Shown one piece after another: positions 18,340 to 28,960 of a DNA stretch of 64,000 bases (positions are counted from its first letter, which is position 1; each line of letters starts with the position of its first letter). Source of the DNA: Candidatus Atabeyarchaeum deiterrae (GTDB taxonomy: Archaea > Asgardarchaeota > Atabeyarchaeia > Atabeyarchaeales > Atabeyarchaeaceae); contig CP147780.1 in assembly GCA_037310415.1 (NCBI GenBank), positions 1,600,001 through 1,664,000 of the forward strand, in the 5' to 3' direction. The notes under the pieces are model-generated. The model searched no databases, was not told where the DNA came from, and saw only the letters and a program-made list of their open reading frames with translations. Position numbers and translations under genes: made by a program.

Positions 18340-21300
18340 TTGAGGAAGAGAGTAGCTTCAATACTAGTAGTGGTTATCATATTCGGTCTCATGGCTTTCG
18401 TTCCAACTTCGATTGCTCAGCCCTCATCAAATACTGCAAGCGCTACTTCTGAGAATTCTTCATCATCAATCAATGTCGTGAAATCAGGTCTCGACAAGTT
18501 AGCGCCTAACCTCTTGGCACAGATCCAAGCAAACCCGAGTGGCGAATACCGCGTGGAAGTCGTCCTGAAAGACGGCGTCAACAAGGTTAATGCACTTGGT
18601 TGCATCTCGAGCTTAGGTGGGAAGATCAATGCGCAACACAACATCGTGAACTCTATTTCTGCGACACTTCGAGGAGACAAGATACCCGCGGTAGCTTCGC
18701 TAGTCGACGTGGACAAGATCCTCGTAGACGGGAAGAGATATCTTATCCCTGTGCCTCAATCGGATGACAGTAGAGCCGCGATTGACAACTTTCTGAGTAC
18801 GTATCCATATTGGTATTCACAGTTCCCATTCTGGGTAGGTGCAGACAAAGCATGGCAAATGGGAATTGACGGCGCAGGCGTCATAGTTGCCGACCTCGAT
18901 ACCGGAATATTCTATGAACATCCAGACTTGGCTGGAGTCGTAATCGACTACAAAGTATTCACAAGCGAGACAGATGTTTTCCCGCACGATGGCAACGGAC
19001 ACGGAACATCAACCACAAGCTGTGTGGCAGCACAGGGCATTGTGGATTGGGACTTGGGCGTACCAGACATATTCTTCAAGGTACAGGGAGTCTCTCCGGG
19101 TGTCAAAGTTATCGGAGCAAAAGTGATGACTGATGAAGGTTGGGGATGGGATTCATGGATAATCGCGGGAATTGAATGGGCCGTTCAAAGAGGGGCGAAC
19201 GTAATAACGATGAGCCTCGGAGGACTGGAAGTTCCTAACAACGGATACGACCCTACGGCTTTGGCATTAGACGCAGCTACGAAGCAGGGCGTCACATGTT
19301 TTGTTGCTGCCGGCAATGAGCAGGGTTATGGCACAGTCGGCTCACCAGGTGTGGCAAAAGATGTCATAACCGTCGGCGCCTCAACAGAGAACTCATTCAT
19401 CTACTATTGGGTTGGATATTGGCCAACGTGGTATGCAAATGGATACGAGAATGACCAGGTAATATTCTGGAGTAGCGGAGGAGCAACAGCCAACGGAAGA
19501 CTAGATCCAGACATTTGCGCAATTGGCGCTTGGGGTCTAACACTAGACACTGATCCTTACTATCTAAACTTCCAGTTCGGCGGAACCAGCATGGCAACTC
19601 CAGTCGCTGCTGGAGTGGGCGCACTAGTCATTCAAGCGTACAAACAGGCTCACGGCGTTTTTCCATCACCAGCAACGGTAAGAGACATCCTAATGAACAC
19701 GGCAAAGGACCTTGGTTACCCAGCGAATCGCCAAGGAGCTGGCCGTGTTGATGCAGAGAAAGCTGTTCTCGCTGCCCTAAGCCAATACCCGTGCTCCAAC
19801 ACAGACGAAATAAACACAGGAATACTACCCGCGGGTCAGAGCTACAAAGTAACATCAACTTTCACCGGAAAAATCAACAGTGCATATGCAACTAGACTTG
19901 AAATGTTTGGCTCATCAAGCTTCAGTGGACTAACGATACCAGGCGGAGACACCTACCTAACCTTCCAGATTCCATCAGGAACCGAGTACGCTGACATAAG
20001 GTTGAAGTTCGCACCAGAATACGTGTACGGAACCTCGGTTCACACTTACGATGGAAGCACTTGGACAGATGTCCACCTAAACACAGCACTCTATCGTGTC
20101 GACGATGTTGGCAACTGGATCCTGCTGAACTACGCATATGCCCACACAAACGTGCAATGGTTTGACGCGAGGGTCACTCCAGGAACCTACATCCTCTGGA
20201 TATGGAACCAATATGGAAATGTAACACAAGTGGACGCGAAAGTAACCTTCTACAAGTTTGTCAATTGGGATTGGATATCGACTTACGCCAAGGGCAACAA
20301 ATTGTATACAACGGTTTCAGTTCCAAAAGGATCGAACCCAGGCAGTTACAGCGGTTTTGTGAAGGTAACTTGCGAGGGGTCACAGGTTGACATACCAGTT
20401 GTTGTCACCGTTCCAGCGAAGCTAGGTCAGACATTTTCAGTGGAGGCCAATGTGGTCAACGAGCCAAGAACTGGCTCATCAGGAGATTGGTTCTATATAC
20501 CGGTACAGGCCTACACCATCGGAGCCATGATGCTAACAGCGAGCTGGACCTACTCAGATGCAGACTTCGACGTCTACCTCATCAATCCAATAGGTGAAGC
20601 CAGAGCTCTGTCGGTTGCGCCACCTGTTCCAGTTGTCCGCTCTCAGGGCGGTGGGTTCTTCTGGTACACGACAACAGGCTCAACAATGGAGATGCTATCA
20701 ACATTCAGCTTGTGTCCAGGCTACTGGTACGTTGGAATCCATGCAGTATACTTCGGTAACACTTTCAGCCAGAAGGTGACAGTGAACCTACGTCAAGGCA
20801 GCCCGATAAGCACCCCCTGCTATCTCAACTTGAAGCAAGGAACGAGCAAGACATTCACGGTGTCGAACAACATACCTGGAGCAGTGAACGTGCGGACAAT
20901 GGCTCTGTCATTCCAAATAGAACACTATGCGCAACAAGTCACTAGCACAGTATACTCATTTGACGGTACAAACGTCGGCTACGAAGGTTGGTTGATCCCG
21001 GTAACACCGGACATGATCACGTTGACAGTTGGTCTCAACTGGGCAGGAGACAACGCGCTTCAGCTGATCCTCTGGGATCCAGCTGGTCGCAACGTTGGAG
21101 AGACAACAACAAATGGACAAAAACTTTCCGTCAACAATCCAACCATCGGCTGGTGGACAGCAATCATAACCATCAGTGAGCCTGGAAGCCAAGATTATGC
21201 CATGAGCATTGGAGGAACAAGATACAAACCTTTGGAAGGAGTCACTATAACACCAGCAACTTTCACGCTAGCACCAAAAGGAATACAAACGCTGGCGATA

Positions 21301-21420
21301 ACTGCCACACCAAAGACACCAGCAATTGGCCAAATAGTCTACTACGACTTCACGACAGGAAGCATATACTCGATAACACTACTGACAATTACTCCAACTC
21401 ACTGGTGGGAAACCCACTAG
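18340..21420 (+). CDS. secreted S8 (subtilisin-like) serine protease with C-terminal beta-rich domains
   Basis: Signal peptide, propeptide and catalytic triad DLDTG / NGHGT / GGTSMATP; TTG start after GAGGTG. Confidence 0.92.
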   Translation: MRKRVASILVVVIIFGLMAFVPTSIAQPSSNTASATSENSSSSINVVKSGLDKLAPNLLAQIQANPSGEYRVEVVLKDGVNKVNALGCISSLGGKINAQHNIVNSISATLRGDKIPAVASLVDVDKILVDGKRYLIPVPQSDDSRAAIDNFLSTYPYWYSQFPFWVGADKAWQMGIDGAGVIVADLDTGIFYEHPDLAGVVIDYKVFTSETDVFPHDGNGHGTSTTSCVAAQGIVDWDLGVPDIFFKVQGVSPGVKVIGAKVMTDEGWGWDSWIIAGIEWAVQRGANVITMSLGGLEVPNNGYDPTALALDAATKQGVTCFVAAGNEQGYGTVGSPGVAKDVITVGASTENSFIYYWVGYWPTWYANGYENDQVIFWSSGGATANGRLDPDICAIGAWGLTLDTDPYYLNFQFGGTSMATPVAAGVGALVIQAYKQAHGVFPSPATVRDILMNTAKDLGYPANRQGAGRVDAEKAVLAALSQYPCSNTDEINTGILPAGQSYKVTSTFTGKINSAYATRLEMFGSSSFSGLTIPGGDTYLTFQIPSGTEYADIRLKFAPEYVYGTSVHTYDGSTWTDVHLNTALYRVDDVGNWILLNYAYAHTNVQWFDARVTPGTYILWIWNQYGNVTQVDAKVTFYKFVNWDWISTYAKGNKLYTTVSVPKGSNPGSYSGFVKVTCEGSQVDIPVVVTVPAKLGQTFSVEANVVNEPRTGSSGDWFYIPVQAYTIGAMMLTASWTYSDADFDVYLINPIGEARALSVAPPVPVVRSQGGGFFWYTTTGSTMEMLSTFSLCPGYWYVGIHAVYFGNTFSQKVTVNLRQGSPISTPCYLNLKQGTSKTFTVSNNIPGAVNVRTMALSFQIEHYAQQVTSTVYSFDGTNVGYEGWLIPVTPDMITLTVGLNWAGDNALQLILWDPAGRNVGETTTNGQKLSVNNPTIGWWTAIITISEPGSQDYAMSIGGTRYKPLEGVTITPATFTLAPKGIQTLAITATPKTPAIGQIVYYDFTTGSIYSITLLTITPTHWWETH

Positions 21421-21780
21421 TTTTGGAGTAAAACTCACCTTTTTTTCTTGAACTGTTCTTTCAAGGATTCGCCTGTTCTTTCTAAGGGGGGGGTGATTTG
21501 CGAGAGAGTGCTCTCGTTGGATGATTTTGGAACCTGCTATGGAATTCCTGAGTTATCTAATGACCGCTCTCCCTCAACACACGATGCATGCGGCGATATT
21601 GATAGCCTCGCGCCGCCGTGCTGAGTGATTTCGATTGGTTCGCTTTTCTTTTTTTGTGATTCCAAAACGCAACAAGCAGAGTGGCTAAAATGGAAACCGA
21701 TCACATTCCCTGAGATCCTACAAATCCTTAAATCCACTCTCACTAGAGTCAAACTATAAGAAAAAAGGAAGAATTCTCGT

Positions 21781-22653
21781 TTGCTCTTTCCAAGTCCTAG
21801 CAAGCAAGACATCGTCGATTCCAACCTTCGGGAAGTCAGCGAGTATACTATTCCTCTTTCGAACTCGATCTCACTTCGGACCAGTTCAGATACCAGACCA
21901 CACAAATGGAAGATAGCCGATCTGCAGAAAGGGTTGAGGTTTGTCCATGATGGAAGGGAAACTGTGGGTGAAGGAACGGGATTCGGAGTTCCAGTCCTCT
22001 TGTATTCTGGTGAGACTTGCTTCTCTGGCTCATCGTATGTCTACGCTTTCAACAAAGGTTCTTCCACTATTATTCGCAAGGAGTTCATAGTCGACAGAGT
22101 CCACAGAAAAACGATTAGAAGTGTCAGGCTAGAAAGTCGGAAAATGCGCGCTTTGTGGAGATTGATATCGAAACTCTATATGAGATTCGGTTTCCTAAGA
22201 ACTCTCATGTCAACTGATATATCCAAGAAATTGGGTTTGCGCACGGACTTCATTGGAACACACCCTCTGGGTAAGGTCATCGTAACTTACCAAGTCAGCA
22301 AGTCCAAGGTCAATGTCAAGGTAGATCTTGCTCTCCTTGAGAGGAGAGAACTTCGGAAGATCTTCGTTTTGAATGAGCAGGGTTCAACGTTCTTCAGAAA
22401 GTACTCTGATTCACAAGGCTTGACATTGGTCGATGAAGAGATTGGATCGTGGAGAATTCCCAAAGCTCGTTGCGCAAGCATAACGGATCTCCGGGGTGGG
22501 GTCGGCTTCAGATTATGGAGAAACAAAAACAGCGCCCTGTACTTAGGTCGGGAGTATTCTGAGGGTCATATGGACTGGGTTGGCTTGGACTATGAAATAA
22601 GCCCGAGAAGTGACAATTTCGAATACCAAATCGAGATCCTGGGAGTTGATTGA
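21781..22653 (+). CDS. hypothetical protein, operonic with a radical SAM gene
   Basis: 290-aa ORF ending 6 nt before the next ATG; beta-rich; start uncertain. Confidence 0.7.
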   Translation: MLFPSPSKQDIVDSNLREVSEYTIPLSNSISLRTSSDTRPHKWKIADLQKGLRFVHDGRETVGEGTGFGVPVLLYSGETCFSGSSYVYAFNKGSSTIIRKEFIVDRVHRKTIRSVRLESRKMRALWRLISKLYMRFGFLRTLMSTDISKKLGLRTDFIGTHPLGKVIVTYQVSKSKVNVKVDLALLERRELRKIFVLNEQGSTFFRKYSDSQGLTLVDEEIGSWRIPKARCASITDLRGGVGFRLWRNKNSALYLGREYSEGHMDWVGLDYEISPRSDNFEYQIEILGVD

Positions 22654-22659
22654 CAACCC

Positions 22660-24027
22660 ATGACTGATGTAACACTGGTCTATCCATACTTTCGTCCTCC
22701 TCATGATAATTCAATATTCAGATTTCCGCCACTCGGATTGGGATACATAGCTGCATTTCTGAAGCAGCAAGGTATCTCTGTGGATTTGGTGGATTGCACA
22801 TTTCTTGGTCAAGAAGAAGCGCTCAAGAGGGTTCGGCGTACGCGCCCGAGGCTAGTAGGGATCTATTCAATGTACTCAATGAAAGACAAATCGCTGCAAA
22901 TGGCTGAACACCTTAGAGGAGACTGTGAACTACTCGTTGCAGGTGGTCCGTTGCCAACTGTGAACCCGAAGGATTTTCTCCAACGCTTCGATGTAGTCGC
23001 GATCGGCGAAGGCGAGGAAACAATGCTTGAACTCGTACGAGCAGTCAAGAATGCTCTTGCTCTGTCAGAGGTGAAAGGCATAGCCTATAAAGACACTGAC
23101 AAAGATCGCGTGACATTCACTACTCGTCGAGAGTTCATTCAAGACTTGGACACTATCCCTTTTCCTGACAGACGATTCTTTGATCATCAAGCATACAAAG
23201 AGCATTATCTTAGAAACTTTGGGTATACAACAACATCACTGATAACGTCTAGAGGTTGCCCCTTCAACTGTGACTTCTGCAGTAGACCAATCTTCGGCAA
23301 CAAGTTTAGAACCCGTTCAGCTGCGAATATTGTCGACGAGATGAAAGCAGTACTCGATCTTGGATACGAGAGAATATGGTTTGCTGACGATTGTTTCACA
23401 TTGAACAGGAAAAGACTCTCTAACGTGTGTGACGAAATCATCAGAAGAGGAACCAAGATAGACTGGGAGTGCCTGTCAAGGGTTGATACTATTGACAGGA
23501 ACATAGCGAGCAAAATGAAAGATGCAGGATGCGTACGCGTGTTTTTTGGCATCGAATCTGGAAACGACAGAATCCTACGTTTAATGAAGAAACAGATTAC
23601 AACAAGCCAAGCCGAGCAGGCCGTGAAGGTTGCCAAACAATCTGGAATTCAAGTTGGCGCGTTCTTCATAGTCGGATACCCCGGCGAAACCAACAACACC
23701 ATCTTGGACACGGTTGGATTCGCATCCAGACTTCCCCTCGATTATCTATCGTTTACCATGCCCTATCCAATTCCAGGCACCCCTCTCTATGGCCGAGTGA
23801 GAGATAGGATCACTTTGAACGACTGCGAGGAACCAGAGAATCCGCGATTCGTAAAGCATATGCTCTCATTTAGTTCGCGCTTCTCCGAGGGTAAGCTCAA
23901 ATTCGCGATTCTGAAAGGCACAATACAGTTCAGTCTCAGAAAAAAGTTGGGCACGAAACTATCCAAGTTCATGGTCGATCCTTTTTTCGAACGTCTGACT
24001 AACCAGATATTCAAGCTATTGCGTTGA
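22660..24027 (+). CDS. cobalamin-binding radical SAM protein (class B methyltransferase/BchE-like)
   Basis: PPLGLGYIAA B12-binding domain; SRGCPFNCDFC; GIESG; GYPGET. Confidence 0.92.
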   Translation: MTDVTLVYPYFRPPHDNSIFRFPPLGLGYIAAFLKQQGISVDLVDCTFLGQEEALKRVRRTRPRLVGIYSMYSMKDKSLQMAEHLRGDCELLVAGGPLPTVNPKDFLQRFDVVAIGEGEETMLELVRAVKNALALSEVKGIAYKDTDKDRVTFTTRREFIQDLDTIPFPDRRFFDHQAYKEHYLRNFGYTTTSLITSRGCPFNCDFCSRPIFGNKFRTRSAANIVDEMKAVLDLGYERIWFADDCFTLNRKRLSNVCDEIIRRGTKIDWECLSRVDTIDRNIASKMKDAGCVRVFFGIESGNDRILRLMKKQITTSQAEQAVKVAKQSGIQVGAFFIVGYPGETNNTILDTVGFASRLPLDYLSFTMPYPIPGTPLYGRVRDRITLNDCEEPENPRFVKHMLSFSSRFSEGKLKFAILKGTIQFSLRKKLGTKLSKFMVDPFFERLTNQIFKLLR

Positions 24028-24086
24028 TCGTTGAGGTCTCTGGAACTATTGTGCCTACATGAGAAGATGGACGAAAAGAATTTACG

Positions 24087-25379
24087 CTATGACTGGGTGC
24101 TCCCCTGTTGTTCCGCGCCTGTAGATGCCCCTTGCTGTTCAACGCCTGCAGGGGGTTCAGGAGGCGCGGCTTTGCTGACAATCGATTTCGCTGCCGTTTC
24201 CTCTTTTCTGTGGCGTATGCTGATATGCTTTCCTGAGAGCGACATGTATAGCGCCAAGTTTCCAAGCAGCATGGTGAGCAGTGCGAAGACGCCCACTACT
24301 ATCACGTCTGGCAACACGTTGAACAAACTGGTTCCCTTTATCATAACGGCTCTGAGTCCGTCCACGGCATATGTCATGGGGTTGGCGAGCACAACTGCTC
24401 TAAGCCAATCTGGCAGTGATTCAACTGGATAGAATGCACCTGACAGGAAGAATACTGGGAAGTTAATCAATCCGTTGACAAACTGGAACGCAGTTATCTC
24501 AACCTTCACGCTAAGAGCTATTGAGATGCCGACAAACCCAAGTGCAAGAAGTGCGACCAACACGTAGATGTATAGTATTGATAGCGGGTTCAAAGCCATA
24601 TGGATTCCGACGAGAATAGCTATCACCAAGACAAATGTCGTTTGGGCCACGACCTTGGTTACTCCGGCTAACGTGAATCCAAGAACGAGTTCACTTCGCC
24701 TTGTAGGCGTAGATAGTAACATGTCAAAGTAGCCAATTTCACGGTCGAGTATCACAGGCATGCCTGCTGCAAAAAGCGACGTAAAGAGAACAGTCATAGC
24801 CAGGATTCCAGGCGCGAGAAAGTCTATGAATGAATAGGCTGGTGAGGAATATCTGTCAAAACTGCTGATTGGCGTAATGCTAGACGGGGGTGGTCCCAAC
24901 AGATGAGTTACGACCCAGTTTATTGTATTTGTATCATGAAGTGTTGTGTTAAGCGTCTGAGCCGCTATAGCCTTAAGCGCTTGCGCAACCATCAGATTCG
25001 TGTTATCAACTGTCAAATTGATCTGAGTACTTATCCCATGAGCCCTGTCAGCTAACCCCCAGCTGAAGTTAACTGGTATGACTATGTATCCAGCGATCTT
25101 GCCGTTATCTATCAAGGTCTGAGCGTCTGCTATCGACATATTAGTTGAGACTACAGTCACGCTAGTTGAATTCTGAAGGATCTGTCCATAAACTTGCCCA
25201 GGCGTCTGGGAGTCAAAGTTCAATATGACGATAGGCACATGGCTAAAGGTTCCTGAGTAAGCGTTACCGACAACTATCAGGAAGAGTACCGGGAGAAGCA
25301 AGGAACTTACCAACTGAACTCTATTTCTTCTCCACTTGCGCATCTCGCGTCTCCATATTGCTCTCGTTCCTCTCAGCAT
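24087..25379 (-). CDS. ABC-2 type exporter permease
   Basis: 6 TMs with large extracellular loop; FLAPG, DREIG, FLSGAFYP and NPMTYAVD motifs. Confidence 0.88.
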   Translation of the reverse strand: MLRGTRAIWRREMRKWRRNRVQLVSSLLLPVLFLIVVGNAYSGTFSHVPIVILNFDSQTPGQVYGQILQNSTSVTVVSTNMSIADAQTLIDNGKIAGYIVIPVNFSWGLADRAHGISTQINLTVDNTNLMVAQALKAIAAQTLNTTLHDTNTINWVVTHLLGPPPSSITPISSFDRYSSPAYSFIDFLAPGILAMTVLFTSLFAAGMPVILDREIGYFDMLLSTPTRRSELVLGFTLAGVTKVVAQTTFVLVIAILVGIHMALNPLSILYIYVLVALLALGFVGISIALSVKVEITAFQFVNGLINFPVFFLSGAFYPVESLPDWLRAVVLANPMTYAVDGLRAVMIKGTSLFNVLPDVIVVGVFALLTMLLGNLALYMSLSGKHISIRHRKEETAAKSIVSKAAPPEPPAGVEQQGASTGAEQQGSTQS

Positions 25380-25384
25380 TCACT

Positions 25385-26413
25385 TCAAACCCTCTGCCTC
25401 ATCTTCCCGATAATCTTGGCCAACGCCTTCTTCGTATCGGCGGAGTCCTCTCCTCCTTCTTCTCTAATCCCACGACCGGTGTATTTGATGAACACATCAT
25501 CCAGGGAAGGGCTTCTAAGTGAGATCGACTCAACTTCAACGCCCGCTGACTCTATCTTATGAAGTATCAATGGAAGCGCTCTCTTGCCATCCGCGACAGC
25601 AATCTTCAAGGTCCGTTCATAGATGGACGACTCACTGCCAAGCTCTAAACTCTGGAGTCTGGACTTGACCTCGTCTCGTAGTGCCGCGCCTCCTCCTTCT
25701 ACCTTGAGAGTGACTTCCACAAGGTCCTTGCCAAAGTCGCTCTTCAGGTCGTCAGGTCTGCCCATGGTCATTATTCGACCTTTATCAATTATGGCGACTT
25801 TATTCATCTGTGCTTCTGCTTCCTCAAGATAGTGGGTCGTGGCAAGGATCGTCAGATCCCATTCTTTCTGTAATCTATGAATGAAATCCCATACGACAAG
25901 TCTGGTTTGTGGGTCGAGCCCCAAGGTTGGTTCATCCAAGAAAAGTACCTCAGGCGTAGGGAGCAAACCTCGTGAAATTTCGAGACGCCTCTTCATGCCT
26001 CCACTAAAATGAGCGACAAGATCATCTTTTCTCTTGTCAAGCTCAACGAGCTCCAGAACCTCGAGTATCCTTGATTTCATCTCGCTTTTAGCTAAGCCGT
26101 ACAAATTAGCGAAAAGCTCCAGATTCTCTGTTGCAGTCAACCGAATGTCAAGGGCTGATTCCTGCGGAACATATCCGATTTTCTTCCTGACCTCATCCGG
26201 ATGTTCTGCAACATCAAAGCCAGCAACGACAGCTTTTCCGCTCGTCGGTTTCAGGAGAGTGATCAGCATTTTTATCGTAGTGGTTTTTCCGGCTCCATTA
26301 GGTCCAAGCAACCCGAATATCTCGCCTTTCTCAACAGACAGGTTCACCTTGTCGACAGCAGTTAGCCCGTTGAACTTCTTTACGAGATCAAATGTCTCCA
26401 CCGTCTTCGACAT
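25385..26413 (-). CDS. ABC exporter ATP-binding protein (DrrA-like)
   Basis: GPNGAGKTT, FSGGMKRR, FLDEPTLGLD, SLDDVF; start ATG 26413 with GGAGG. Confidence 0.92.
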   Translation of the reverse strand: MSKTVETFDLVKKFNGLTAVDKVNLSVEKGEIFGLLGPNGAGKTTTIKMLITLLKPTSGKAVVAGFDVAEHPDEVRKKIGYVPQESALDIRLTATENLELFANLYGLAKSEMKSRILEVLELVELDKRKDDLVAHFSGGMKRRLEISRGLLPTPEVLFLDEPTLGLDPQTRLVVWDFIHRLQKEWDLTILATTHYLEEAEAQMNKVAIIDKGRIMTMGRPDDLKSDFGKDLVEVTLKVEGGGAALRDEVKSRLQSLELGSESSIYERTLKIAVADGKRALPLILHKIESAGVEVESISLRSPSLDDVFIKYTGRGIREEGGEDSADTKKALAKIIGKMRQRV

Positions 26414-26709
26414 TCTCTGACCAGCCTCCGCGCGAAGAAATACATCGAGGATCAAGACATTGAAAGAGAACTCTCGGGTGCGTCTTGAGAGTGATTCATG
26501 CAGATATGTTTGCCCTTTCCATAGCGTTCTTCTGATATTTACGCCTTTTCAATGTGGAAGTTCATGCAAACATCAAACACATCTAGCGACTAGCTGAAAG
26601 CCCGTGCGCTGAAAGCTGAGGGTCCATCTATCTCTGAAAGCTCCTATTCGCCAGACGGTTGCAGCAAAACTAGTGACTGGAATTTCCGTGGCAAGGGCAT
26701 AAATAAGAC

Positions 26710-26745
26710 AAAAAAGAAGAGGGAACCCAGAAAAGCTCTGGGTTC
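26710..26745 (-). terminator. hairpin plus T-tract terminator downstream of hsp20
   Basis: 9-bp inverted repeat GAACCCAGA (26723-26731) / TCTGGGTTC (26737-26745) followed on the minus strand by CTTCTTTTTT. Confidence 0.6.
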
Positions 26746-26767
26746 GCCGAATTAGGTTGTCTCTCTT

Positions 26768-27211
26768 CTATTCCACTGAAACCTTCTTCTCGTTCTCAGG
26801 GTTTTTCTTCTTGACAGTGACTCTGAGTACCCCGTTCTCAAGTTTTGCCCTAGCAGTGTCTGGGTCAACATCGACTGGCAGCGGGATTCTCTTCACCGAG
26901 CCGAAGAGAGGTCCAGTAAACGGCATCCACGGCATAGGTCCTTGGAACTCTTCTTCCTCACCTTCCGCAGACTCCTTGCTTTCAGAGGTTTCCTTTTCCT
27001 TGAAAGTCAGAATCAATGCGTCTGGTCCCACCGACAGATCAAAGTCGTCCTTAGAGTATCCGGGCAATGGTAGTGCGACCTTCAGGTTCTCAGCATCTTC
27101 TTCTATCCTAGCGCCGAACAACAAGTGTCCGAAGTTCCTGAACTGCGGAATATGCATGGGGCGAAATGGTCTTCTAAACCCGAACGGACCACCAAAGAAA
27201 TCTCTATTCAT
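26768..27211 (-). CDS. Hsp20/alpha-crystallin small heat-shock protein
   Basis: LPLPGYSKDD, IPLPVDVD, AKLENGVLRV and C-terminal VxV motif. Confidence 0.9.
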   Translation of the reverse strand: MNRDFFGGPFGFRRPFRPMHIPQFRNFGHLLFGARIEEDAENLKVALPLPGYSKDDFDLSVGPDALILTFKEKETSESKESAEGEEEEFQGPMPWMPFTGPLFGSVKRIPLPVDVDPDTARAKLENGVLRVTVKKKNPENEKKVSVE

Positions 27212-27308
27212 CTATGCCTTTCACCTCCATTCACGACTATTCTGACCTGATAACGTGGTGTGCAGTCTGCTCCACTACTGTAAGATTGAATCGAGCGAGT
27301 CCTATTCA

Positions 27309-28253
27309 TTACTCGACATCTACCTTTCTGTACTTCTTCTCTCTCTCCTTCAACTCAGTCATCTTGCTCTCAACCGTTTCGAGCTCAGCTTTCAACTGAT
27401 CTCTATAGAACTCCAATTCGTGAAGGCTATCTTCAGGCGAGAGAACTCTTATCGCCCCTCTTACCGCCTCAGATGCACCGCTCAGAGCCCTCTCGATAGC
27501 CCCTTCGATTCGCTTAACTGCCATATTGTCAAACGTAAGCCACACTGAGTGGTCAACCATACCCATGAAGCGATCGATCATCTTCTCCTCAAAATCCATC
27601 TTGCCAATAACGTTCTTCAGCGTCTCCATTCCTTTCTCTGTTAGCACGTAAACTTTCTTTGGAGGATACTCCACCTCACTCTTCTCTGATGGTCGTCCAA
27701 TTTCAGTCTCTTTTAGTCTGATTAGACCTTTCTCATCCAGTCTGGTGAGCGCTGGGTAGACTGTTCCTGGTTTTGGTGACCAAAGACCAGAGAACTTTTC
27801 AGAAAGCCTCTGGATAATATCATATCCGTGAGTGGACTCCTCATTCAGCAGCAGCAGAATCAAGAACTCAACAGGACTTGTCCTCTCAGTCCAAGCGCCT
27901 CTTCCAAAACCTCGACCAGCCCAAAACATCTCACCATCATCTCCTGATTTGTTAGCCTTCAATCTCTTAATACTTGGCGAAATACTGCGAGGAAAATGAC
28001 CATCCAGTTGAAAGTCGTCAGTTCTCCAGGTTCTTGTACTTCTATGAAGTTCTTGATGACAGTCTAGACAAAGTGTTATGAGTCTGCTATCATTCCTGCT
28101 TCCGTCTCGCCTCAAGTGATGCACATGGAGAGCCTTATTCTTACTTCCACATGATTGACAAGTGTGATTATCCCGTTCAAGTATTCGGTGTCTCGCTTTA
28201 TCCCAGACAGTCATGATCGAGCAATCTCCGTCGTTGATCCTTGATGACTGCAT
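27309..28253 (-). CDS. PadR-family regulator with in-frame N-terminal HNH-like Zn domain and C-terminal coiled coil
   Basis: ERDNHTCQSCG...HVHH...TLCLDCH (HNH-like); HGYDII...PGTVYPALTRL...KVYVLTEKG (PadR); possible internal start ATG 27929. Confidence 0.8.
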   Translation of the reverse strand: MQSSRINDGDCSIMTVWDKARHRILERDNHTCQSCGSKNKALHVHHLRRDGSRNDSRLITLCLDCHQELHRSTRTWRTDDFQLDGHFPRSISPSIKRLKANKSGDDGEMFWAGRGFGRGAWTERTSPVEFLILLLLNEESTHGYDIIQRLSEKFSGLWSPKPGTVYPALTRLDEKGLIRLKETEIGRPSEKSEVEYPPKKVYVLTEKGMETLKNVIGKMDFEEKMIDRFMGMVDHSVWLTFDNMAVKRIEGAIERALSGASEAVRGAIRVLSPEDSLHELEFYRDQLKAELETVESKMTELKEREKKYRKVDVE

Positions 28254-28465
28254 GCATCTCTACATATATAGAGACCTATATATAAAGCTGACGATATCTA
28301 CGAATATCTCTAATGAGCTTGCTTCTGGAGCCAGAGAAAGCGGTGACTTGCTTCATTTGAACTAATCGATAGGGGTAACTTCGAGTTTCATCTGACGTTT
28401 CTATGCTCCTAAGAATACTGAGAGACTATGTTCAAGGTTCGACGTTCTATTTCAGTTCAGCTTGG

Positions 28466-28864
28466 TCACGTCAGATTCTTCACTTGGTGTGCGAGGATTC
28501 CTCTATATCTCGAAGCACATTTACGTTCTTCAGAGGAGGCTCTTTTTGCAGCCCACCCTAGAAGCGGAATGATTGATTTCCTGAGTTCCGTCCCGTCGCC
28601 AGTAAGTGAGTATTCTACACGGGGAGGTATCTCCGAAAAGGACTCTCTTCTGATTAGGCCTTCAGCTTGAAGTTCTTTCAACGTGTCAGATAGGGTTTTG
28701 GGACTGATGCCGCCCAACTCTTCCATGAGCCCATTAAACCTGAGTTTTCCATTATTGCCAATGGCGTTGACGATCAGGAGCGCCCATTTCTTGCCGATTA
28801 CATCTATGACGCCTTCAAGAGGGCAGAGGCATATATGATTACCATTTTCACACACAATGATCAC
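28466..28864 (-). CDS. HxlR-family winged-helix regulator
   Basis: CPL...IGKKW, LRFN, ISPKTLSDTLKEL, PPRVEYSLT. Confidence 0.9.
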   Translation of the reverse strand: MIIVCENGNHICLCPLEGVIDVIGKKWALLIVNAIGNNGKLRFNGLMEELGGISPKTLSDTLKELQAEGLIRRESFSEIPPRVEYSLTGDGTELRKSIIPLLGWAAKRASSEERKCASRYRGILAHQVKNLT

Positions 28865-28960
28865 TTTCTCTATACATAGTGGCTACATTGCTATAAACTT
28901 AGTAGTATAAATACTTCACTCTTGATATTATTTGTTATGACGAATGGAGGCGAACCAAAA

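Noticed and set aside
18340-26413. S8 protease plus B12 radical SAM plus ABC exporter as a RiPP cluster
   Set aside because: No precursor peptide or RRE seen, the transporter is convergent, and the protease looks like an ordinary secreted subtilase
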